This document shows, piece after piece, positions 51,431 through 61,755 of a DNA stretch of 64,000 nucleotides. Within the stretch, counting starts at the first letter, position 1, and each line of letters opens with the position of its first letter. A model generated the notes under the pieces. That model worked only from the letters and a program-made list of their open reading frames with translations, did no database searches and was not told the DNA's origin. The stretch is taken from assembly GCA_965235115.1 (NCBI GenBank), contig OZ249436.1:10170001-10234000 (forward strand). The letters run 5' to 3'. Source of the stretch: Laetmonice hystrix. Lineage: Eukaryota. The translations under genes and the position numbers were made by a program.

Positions 51431-52024
51431 ACATCCGTCACCACCTTTAATGCACATCTAGCCGGTCCTGGCCGATTAGAATATCTGGAATGTTTGCCCT
51501 TTTCGAGCGGTATAATTGGTTTATTCCTGCGGCTAAAAGTCGTGTCAATGAATGTAAAGTGGGCCTTGCCTTTTAAAACCGATCAGCGAATTGCCACGCA
51601 TCTATCAAAATGGTCGAGGCCGTAACTATGCATGGAAATGTCCTCTCGCTTCCATCGTCCTCCACAATTAACATAATAGGAAGCTCAGTGTCATTTATAG
51701 CCAGAACGGTGTACGACTAGATCCACATCCATGCATACAAAAATGCATGGGAAAAATATAGGACTATATGGCTAGCCTAACTTCAAGATAAAAGAAACAA
51801 TTTACATACACGAAATAACTAGATCAGATACCCCCCCCCCCCATGTTGAAATAGAGAGGGGGTATCCTGAAGCCCCTTCAACCTCACCGACTTTGCCACC
51901 CCTGCATGGTTCCTCGAAAGCTATGCTTCAGTTTAAGATATGGACCTTGCAACGTCTCTCAGCGCGCGAAACTAAGAGCAGGCGTGACCAGTAGAGCCCC
52001 TGGGGGGCCCATTATCAGTGATGG

Positions 52025-53321
52025 CTGGTCAGTGGTCTATAGAGTGGCCGCCCCCTGGCTTGGACCTGGTCAGTCGTCTCTAGAGGGGCCGGCCCCTGGC
52101 TTGGACCTGGTCAGTCGTCTCTATAGAGTGGCCGGTCCCTGGCTTGGACCTGGTCAGTCGTCTCTAGAGTGGCCGGCCCCTGGCTTGGACCTGGTCAGTC
52201 GTCTCTAGAGTGGCCGGCCCCTGGCTTGGACCTGGTCAGTCGTCTCTAGAGTGGCCGGCCATGGCTTGGACCTGGTCAGTCGTCTCTAGAGTGGCCGGCC
52301 CATGGCTTGGACCTGGTCAGTCGTCTCTATAGAGTGGCCGGCCCCTGGCTTGGACCTGGTCAGTCGTCTCTAGAGTGGCCGGCCCCTGGCTTGGACCTGG
52401 TCAGTCGTCTCTATAGAGTGGCCGGCCCCTGGCTTGGACCTGGTCAGTCGTCTCTAGAGTGGCCGGCCCCTGGCTTGGACCTGGTCAGTCGTCTCTATAG
52501 AGTGGCCGGCCCCTGGCTTGGACCTGGTCAGTCGTCTCTAGAGTGGCTGGCCCCTGGCTTGGACCTGGTCAGTCGTCTCTAGAGTGGCTGGCCCCTGGCT
52601 TGGACCTGGTCAGTCGTCTCTAGAGGGGCCGGCCCCTGGCTTGGACCTGGTCAGTCGTCTCTATAGAGTGGCCGGCCCCTGGCTTGGACCTGGTCAGTCG
52701 TCTCTAGAGTGGCCGGTCCCTGGCTTGGACCTGGTCAGTCGTCTCTAGAGTGGCCGGTCCCTGGCTTGGACCTGGTCAGTCGTCTCTAGAGTGGCCGGTC
52801 CCTGGCTTGGACCTGGTCAGTCGTCTCTAGAGTGGCCGGTCCCTGGCTTGGACCTGGTCAGTCGTCTCTAGAGTGGCCGGCCCCTGGCTTGGACCTGGCC
52901 AGTCGTCTCTAGAGGGGCCGGCCCCTGGCTTGGACCTGGTCAGTCGTCTCTATAGAGTGACCGGCCCCTGGCTTGGACCTGGTCAGTCGTCTCTAGAGGG
53001 GCCGGCCCCTGGCTTGGACCTGGTCAGTCGTCTCTATAGAGTGACCGGCCCCTGGCTTGGACCTGGTCAGTCGTCTCTAGAGGGGCCGGCCCCTGGCTTG
53101 GACCTGGTCAGTCGTCTCTATAGAGTGGCCGGCCCCTGGCTTGGACCTGGTCAGTCGTCTCTAGAGTGGCCGGCCCCTGGCTTGGACCTGGTCAGTCGTC
53201 TCTAGAGTGGCCGGCCCCTGGCTTGGACCTGGTCAGTCGTCTCTAGAGTGGCCGGCCCCTGGCTTGGACCTGGTCAGTCGTCTCTAGAGTGGCCGGCCCC
53301 TGGCTTGGACCTGGTCAGTCG
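52025..53321. repeat. 41/43-bp GC-rich satellite array, about 31 copies
   Basis: Unit TAGAGTGGCCGGCCCCTGGCTTGGACCTGGTCAGTCGTCTC, with or without an extra TA. Confidence 0.97.
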
Positions 53322-53982
53322 GATGAAAAATAGTTAATTACGGTGCTTGCCTCCAGGCACAGTGCAGCAAACAGAAACTGACGACCAACATCTAGGGGAT
53401 TGTCTAGATCGACGCAATGTGCACACAGCAAACTTATTATTAAAACCTGATTCGGGAGGAAACGCCGGCATTCATAAAGACTATGACATTAAACTAAAAA
53501 CAAATGCCGATCTAAGTGTCGTGAGGAGGACATCTATACTGCCGTGAAATGATAAAAGGAAGCAAATCCAAAAGGTCAAGTTTCGAAAAATGGATATAAA
53601 CAAGTTGTCTCTACAGTGCAGTTGGATGGACATGCTTCCTTCTGTCATGTGACTGATAGCTTCATAGAAGGATGCTTAGCAGAAATACACCCATTGATAG
53701 ATAGGACTTACTTCCCTGAATCCAAATTTACACTTAAGTCGATTTTGATGAAAGTTGGACTTGCTTCCTTTTGCCATTGCACGGCAGTATAGCCTTATGA
53801 TTTAACCTTGAGTGACGTTTTGAATAAGGCCTGGTCCAAACAAGAGGGAATTATATAGTTAGGTGCATTTGGTGCATGCACGAGGTCTGCGATAAACGTT
53901 TTTGCGTGGTTAGACCGCAGAAAAACACTCTAGCCAGTGGCGGATTCAGAGGAAGGGGCCCTCCCTATTTTCAAAAAAGAGA

Positions 53983-54049
53983 GAAGAAGAAGAAGAAGAA
54001 GAAGAAGAAGAAGAAGAAGAAGAAGAAGAAGAAGAAGAAGAAGAAGAAG
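53983..54049. repeat. (GAA)n microsatellite, about 22 units
   Basis: Perfect GAA run. Confidence 0.97.
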
Positions 54050-54157
54050 CCCACATTTAATACGCCTCACCTCTTTCAGCGAAATGCACTGTTCGTCATG
54101 TAAAACACATGTGAATACGGGTTATACTTGTTGGCAAACTTAAGTACAGAGTAAAGG

Positions 54158-55663
54158 GATAAGATCATCAACCTAGACTTGGCATGAAAAGATATAACCG
54201 ATTCCATTCGGGTGCACTGACATTTTTCCTCTTGCCTGATACACCAAACACACCTCCACGTAAATGATTTCGACATGGGACGCTATAGATTACTACCAGA
54301 TGACCTACATGAAAAGCCGCCGCGGTTTCTTCAAACTGCTTATCGGCAGTAACTCACTGACAATCGGTAGCCTATACGTGAAATCATAACTGCACTCGAA
54401 AATAAGCCATGCAATAACGGTTCAACGTGCAAGATTTCATGTACTAGCTGTTGTGAATTGGGTTTACTTTTCCTACAAATGGGTCAATGACACCGTTTTT
54501 TCTTACAATCTTCAAGCAGAGCGAGCGAGGCGACTGAGGGGATATTTTCGAAGTCATTTTGTTTTCTAACGACTGAGGCGACGGAGCATAATTAGAGTTG
54601 GTGGGGATGGGGCAGGCAGGAAGACTTTCCCAGCTGCAGGGCCCCCACTTGGGGGATTGTTCACAATGCAAGAAGAGGAAAGAGGGGCCATGAAATCCAT
54701 CAACTCAGAAAAGTTATACTACGGCGGCGTAGCTGTTCACGTGGCAGTCGAAGAACAATCCACGGGCTGTTCTGTGTAAGAGGGGGGTTAAGTCGGGCAC
54801 TGAAACCATAGCATATCTGAAATGACGGTCGCGGTTTTCAGGAAACTGCAGACCATTAGTCCAACTGTGCATTACTGAGTTGTCTGTTGTAGCACCCTCA
54901 AATGTAAAAATTCCGCTTAATGTAAAAACGCCGTCATAATGTAAGAAATATTAATTTACAAATGTAAAAACGTACGTCAAGTGTGAACAAACTCTACCAC
55001 ATACATGTATGTCAAAACTACCTTCCACCAGATGTAAAAAAAAATTGCGCTAAATCTAAATCTAAATTTTCGTTAACTACCTTCCGTCAGATGTAAAGAT
55101 CAATTACATTAAATCTAAATCTATATTTTGTACATTTAAGAAAGGTACCTTTTACATATGTGGTAGAATTTTGTCACATTTGACGTATGTGTTCACATTT
55201 GGCGTAAATATTTGTTACATATGACGGCGTTTTTAAATTTAGCGGAATTTTTACATTTGAGGGTGCTACAGTCTGTGTAACCGAAGGTGGAAGAGATAAG
55301 ATCATCTACCTATAGACTTGGCATGAAAAGACATAACCGATTCCATTCGCGTGCACTGACATTTTTCCTCTTGCCTGATACACCAAACACACCTCCCCGT
55401 AAATGATTTCGACATGCGACGCTATAGATTACTACCAGATGACCTACATGAAAAGCCGCCGCGGTTTCTTCAAGCTGCTTATCGGCAGTAACTCACTGAC
55501 AATCGGTAGCCTATATGTGAAATCATAACTGCACTCGAAAATAAGCCATGCAATAACGGTTCAACGTGCAAGATTTCATGTACTAGCTGTTGTGAATTGG
55601 GTTTACTTTTCCTACAAATGGGTCAATGACACCGTTTTTTCTTACAATCTTCAAGCAGAGCGA
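54158..55663. repeat. Direct duplication of about 367 bp (54158-54524 and 55295-55663); the intervening block 54541-54887 is paralogous to about 57135-57480
   Basis: Near-identical copies running from GATAAGATCATC to TCAAGCAGAGCGA. Confidence 0.9.
54888..55270. mobile_element. Palindromic MITE (383 bp), TGT..ACA termini, 6-bp TSD
   Basis: Long TIR TGTAGCACCCTCAAATGTAAAAATTCCGCT. TSD GTCTGT at 54882-54887 and 55271-55276. The paralogous site near 57470-57492 lacks the insertion. Confidence 0.9.
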
Positions 55664-58600
55664 AAGATTCTCATGCACTTTGCACTAGGACGGAAGCAGA
55701 GATCAGTGGGTTAATGTACACCACTACTAACCAGGCGGTTCTTACAGCTTTCTTACGTCTTCGACTCACTGGCATCATGTTTTCAATCGTTCCCATCACG
55801 GCCCAGTGTCGGTGTCAAGCCAGTGGGAAATAATAGCCTCGGTATGTTACTAAGGGACATTCAGACTCGTTCCAGGTGGGGGTAACCTGGATAGGGTGTT
55901 ATATTTCATCTCAAATGATCTAAATCCGATTTGTAGGCTTATGACCGGGGCCCTTACGGTTCGAATCATGTTGCAGCTAGCTCGGTATATAGTCCTGCGC
56001 CAGGCCAACCTGTCCAGAAGTGATGTGGCTAGTGTAGTCGAGTGATCAGTTTGAAACAGGTGGCGAGCAGTTGTAGGAGGAGGTTTGAGGAGGTCGGGGG
56101 GATGTAACGGGTATCTGGTTTGTTCCACAGGAAGTGGGTGTCTTCAACCCAGGGTGGACTGCCTTGCGTCAAGGAAGAAGAGTTCCCGGCTCATTGGGTC
56201 CACTTTCAATACATATTCTTTAACGTACTCAGCTGTAGCTCTTTGGCCGCGTTCGTACTGCCTAACGTCGCATTCTCCCACGCCAATAGTTTTGTAAGGA
56301 CAAAAACCATGCGACTATCATCAACGTTTGAACAAACATGGCCGGGGTGAGCTGACTTTATAAACCACTGTCTCCCACTCCCAGTAAAAACTGGTTCCAA
56401 CAATATTGTAACCGCACTCAACCAGATGTGTCCCCCACTTACTCATTTGCAATGAACTCCTTTCTTTTCTCGGGGCGTATGTAGGAGTGCCCTTGACAGG
56501 AGTTGTCTGGGAATCGTCTGTTTCGTGTTTAATACTACTAGACATACTTTGTACACTGGCTCAGTCATGCAAGGTTTAAATAGCTGGTGGTACAGTCAAA
56601 GTTTCGTGGAAGTCTTTTTTTTCAACTTAGAATATGTCTGGTTGTAGAAAGGCCACCTGCATTCCTCCACAGCTGTGCGGACCACCCCTGACGAGGCACT
56701 GCCCTGAGCAAGGAGGACCTGCGGTATTCTTACACTATCCCATACCTTATACAGTTATGTCAAAATATCATGAGCCATAATGCCTCCTGTGTACCAGCTA
56801 TGAAATCAGCTCAGACACTGAACTCTTTTGGAAAATATTAGGCCTATTTAGGTTCGTCCTGGTAGCCAACCAAAAATATAAACCTACAATAAACGTAGAA
56901 ATTCACCTTACAAATTAAAGCATTGGCCTATAATTCGTTAGCAAATCCGAGAAAACGGAATCATTACTTTTTCTGTTCTTCTTCAAATATTCCTCTGCAT
57001 GGATTAGTTTACACTCACTCACTAACGAGTGGTGTGTCAACAATATTTCCTTACATAAAAATATCTGTGAAAAGCATAGAGAAGCGTTTTACACGTTGTG
57101 CAATTTTTAGATTATTCTTACTCGATATAGGCCTATTTTCAAAGTCATTTTGTTTTCTAACAAGCCTGGGGCGACGGAACATAAGAGTTGGTGGGGAAGG
57201 GGGCAGGCAGGAAGACTTTCCCAGCTGCAGGGCCCCACTTGGGGGATTGTTCACAATACAAGAAGAGGAAAGAGGGACCAAGAAATCCATCAAATCAGAA
57301 AAGTTATACGAAGGCGGCGTAGCTGTAACGTGGCAGTCGAAGAACAATCCATTGACTGTTCTGTGTAAGAGAGGGGTTAAGTCGGGCACTGAAACCATAG
57401 CCTATGTCTGAAGTAACGGTCGTGGTTTTCAGGAAACTGTAGACCATTGGCCCAACTATGCATTACTAAGTTGTCTCTGTAACCGAAGGTGGCAGCATCC
57501 ATCGACAAGTGCCCCCTCGAGGCCAGGCCGCGGGTCGCTATAGGGTACATCATTCATGAGCGTGATCTTACAGCTTTTCCATTTGGTTCTGGGTTTTACA
57601 GATGCATCAGATCCTGATAAGTTGTACATGTCTCTCCTAGCCAGACATACAGTGTGGCACTGCACCCCGCAGGATGACGTTCCTATATAATACTAAAGAG
57701 GATATTTTGTGACGACACAACTCCTTGGTCAGTTATGCACCATAATGCACTAAACCGGTATCGAAAACGTCCGGTGTTTCCACATTTTTGTCTACTGCGT
57801 GCAGCTATATAACACATAGGCTAATATTCACACAATTAAACATTGACCGCCGGCGGATACGCCCCTTGTTACAGCATGCATGCAATATAGGATTGGCAAA
57901 CCGTGCAGTAGGCCTATAGGCCTACATTCCAATAATGGTTTATTTATTTATTTTAAGAGGTGGTTCAACATTTCACAAACGTATGCAGAGTACTCTTTTC
58001 AATGACCCTCGCCCCCCCCCCCCCAAAAAAAAAGTACATATGAAAAAATCGGTTTTACAAAATTACAGATCACAGTTTTTAAAAAGCGTACGCTGGGTGT
58101 TATCCCCCCTCCCAGCGTACGGTTTGTATGCTTGTGAAAATGATAAACATTATTTAATTATTATTTTCTACTTATGAAAAAACAACAGGGCCATTCCCAC
58201 TCTATATAAGCAGAACCCGTATACCTTTAAAGGTGGGTTATTCAAGCAAGCGGGCAGTGGTCAGATTCTACACCATTCGGGTTGCTAGTCCCCAAACGCC
58301 CCACACCACGTCTGACTGAAACCGCTATTACTCCGTAATCGGGCACCATTCAGTTTTCGATTCGATGGGCGTTATTTTCCGAAACGCATATGTCTTTGCG
58401 ATTGTAATGACAAGGCCTCTGGTTTGAGATTCGCTGTCCCAACATCATTGATTATTCTAGCCGTATTGCAGTGGAGGGTATTTGCTTTTGGCTTTATCTA
58501 AGGGAATCACATCCCGCCAGTGATATTGGTTTTGTCTCCATTTCAGAATAGCAACGAAGCATAATGGGCTGTGACACAGGTATAGACCTATAACACCCGT

Positions 58601-58955
58601 ATACACACTTTCTCACGTTCGAGTCCTTTTGCCAATCTTTGAGCCGTGCATAGATCTACATAACAATTACGGCCCAAAGATGCACATGCGCGCCACCTCA
58701 CTCATTAGTAGATTATTACACCGGTGGCACAAATTAGTGTTTGTATGCCTATAAGATATTATGTAACAAGCATTAGACAAACTTAGACCTATGCTGGGTT
58801 TGTTTGGGGATATATTATTACCTAAATATTAATCACCAGTTTGACTGGTGTCAGGTGGAAATCTGCCATGGCTTCTAAAAAGAAGTAGGCCTAGTTCGGC
58901 AAGCGTTACGTGTCCTCATTACCCATAGGCCTCAGCGCCTTACCCAAGTTCCCGT

Positions 58956-59018
58956 TAGCCTGGTCCCCAGGTCTCTATTGACATAGCGGATGCGTCTGGT
59001 GGGCAGGGGACCAGGCTA
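58956..59018. mobile_element. 63-bp miniature Academ(H)-like element, 9-bp TSD
   Basis: TIR TAGCCTGGTCCCC / GGGGACCAGGCTA. TSD AGTTCCCGT at 58947-58955 and 59019-59027. A neighbouring paralogous segment (about 59074-59125) is empty. Confidence 0.88.
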
Positions 59019-61755
59019 AGTTCCCGTGCAATATATATTAACGCTCATTTTTAACTGGTTATACCCATACGCCCCAGCGCCTTACCAAAGTTCCCATGCG
59101 ATATCCTATATGAGCGTTCATTTTAGCAAATAGGCGCGATCGTGAGCGTGCCCCCCCCCCCCCCCCCATTTTTGTCAGGATGCTATTAGCGACATTTTTA
59201 TGGTCGCCGCCCACATAATTATATACCAAGAGCCTCTTGGTTCCTCCTGTCCTCCCCGAATTCTACATGTATCCTATTAAATTTATAATCCCTATATTAA
59301 TAATATAGGGATAATATTGTAGGGGACAAGAGTGATTTAACCCAGGCCTATATTTCCTTAACCATGTGACCTAGAACCTGCATGGAAAAGACGGAATTCA
59401 GTTTTTAGGCATATAGGTTTATTGATCTTTCAAAGACAAGTACATTTAGGTGTAAACAGACTTTCGTGGAAAACGTAGGCATATAATACACCTGAAGTAA
59501 CGAGTAATTGTACCTTTCCTCCATGTTGGCTTTGATGGCCATCTTCACGGCGTCTACATCGTTAGAACAGTCCTTGAATTAATCGTGAATTAAAATCTAG
59601 AAATTATATGGTTAAAATTGGTGCAATTCGATTTCTAAATGAAATAATTTAAATAAATGACGATTCAGATATTATGTTCTTTCGTTCCGAGTCTGCCGCC
59701 TTATTCTCTCAGTGGATGTCGTTCATTTAAACCGTTTTCAGGATGCAAAACTTGGCCGCGATTCCAAGACAACCAGGCAGCCTTGCATCTTTTCTGCTCA
59801 CTGCCGACTTCTTCGGACTACTGGAATAAATACGAGGTATACGAGCTTATCTGCCGCCTACCGGATTTAATATTGTAGTCAGGAAATGCACGCGTTTCGA
59901 CGACCGACTACCCTGCCACCAGCTGGATTTGATCCATGACTTCACGTCCGTAGGGTTAATTTGGTGACATCGACTGACCATTTTACAGATTTGTTTTATT
60001 TTTTTTTTCAAATTCTGCAGCGTTTGCTTCAGTGTCTTCATACTACCATTAACTTGCCGGTTTACCAATTGGCCTTCGCTTGACCACGTTTGAATCTTTA
60101 CATTCTTTTTTTTTGCGTTGTTGCGACATTTAACTTCACTGGTTTGATTTTTAATGCCGTTTTTCTCCTGGCCTTTCCCTCGGCTACGTCTTGCTAATCT
60201 GTTTAATTTGGTGGCATAACCTTTATTATGTTTTGATGACACTGTACAAATAACAAACAGTAAAAAGCCTGTTAATTTCTTTATTAAAGTAATTTCTTCC
60301 CAGACTCAAATGTTAGGCGCCAACCTTCCGCACTAAAAACCAGGAATAAATCCTACTTATGCATGTAAAACCCTGGAAAAGCGTAAAGGCAGCTGTAAAA
60401 TCCAGACAATGGACAGCACAAGTCCGAATAAATGGTATTTTATGGAAAAGGGGTGGCGGTGGGCTTGAACTGTTTCTCTTCCGAAGGTCTGCGAGACAGC
60501 GGACTTGTGTGTTTCCCATCTGACGATTAGGTTGAAAGAGTCGTCGCCGTCCACACCTCGTGTGCGATAATCCTCGTGACCTTCGACATGCATGGCTGCT
60601 CCGACGGAATGTGGCGTATATTGCAGCAAGTAGTCATGTGGCACCTCCCAGTCTTCAACACTGCAACTAAAACTACTTGTTCAGTTAATCAATTTAATAT
60701 ATTATCTTCACATCCGTTCGTAAATATTAAATTATCAATGCAAACATTGGAAACATACAAATCACAGCCAAACCTCAACAGCAGTTTCAGTGATTTAATA
60801 GGATACCTATACATTTTAATGTAATACTCAGTTTTGTTACTATGACCGCCTCCTCCCCTCATAGCCATCCGATCCACCGACAACGCCAGTTTAGTGATGG
60901 CGTTTTTATATGGACTTCCTTGGTATTTTTTTCTTTGTTTTACTCGTCTCGTGTTTTGATATTCATTCTGTAGCACCTGGCACAAATGTTTTAGAGTTAT
61001 ATCTTGTTTGAACGTCATTATTGCTGTTGTGCATTTTATGCCGGTTTTCATTTGTCATTATTCATATTCACACTGATCACTCCTTCAGATTGTTTTCTGC
61101 CCGTGTCTGCTCGATTGTTTGTTCGTTCGTTCTGCAGAACCTGGCCATTACCAATACCAAACACATTCATTGCAAGTTTGAGGCATCACTGATGCCGGTT
61201 TTATAGGTTATATATATTGGTGGAACGTCATTATTTCTGTTTTGCTTTTTATGTGTACACCCGTTTTTATTTTTCATTGTCTCAACTGCCATGATCATTC
61301 ATTGTCATATGTACACTCCTACATTGGCTGCATACGACGGAAATAAACACCATTGCTTTTCCATATGTCGCGTTTTACCGAAGGATCAGTTTTCAAGTCA
61401 CTTCTTTAAACTCAGGGTCATCCATCAACGTTTGCCTATTTCATAACCTCTGAAGAACCCCAGGACATCAATCAATTGAGACTTTATTAATTGAGACTTA
61501 GCCAACTTAGTTAACTTAAGTTCTACTCGGCTTAAACTAAACCATTAAACATTAAATTATCAAACAAACGACCAAACAACGAAGACCACCCACATGAAAT
61601 AGTGTTTCAATCATCGACAAAATCAACCTTCCACATAATGAAAATACTAACAATGACAATGAAAAGGTTCCCTATCTCTTAGGTATAAGGTAACCAACAT
61701 AAAAATTAAACCCCACAAACATTGTATTCAAACATGAAGACATTCAAACGTTAAG

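Noticed and set aside
1..53321. Tandem arrays (50, 33, 49, 61, 35 and 41/43 bp) as CRISPR arrays
   Set aside because: The units are contiguous with no unique spacers, there are no cas genes, and the context is eukaryotic.
54158..55663. 367-bp direct repeats as LTRs of a TRIM or retrotransposon
   Set aside because: No TG..CA ends, PBS, PPT or flanking TSD were seen.
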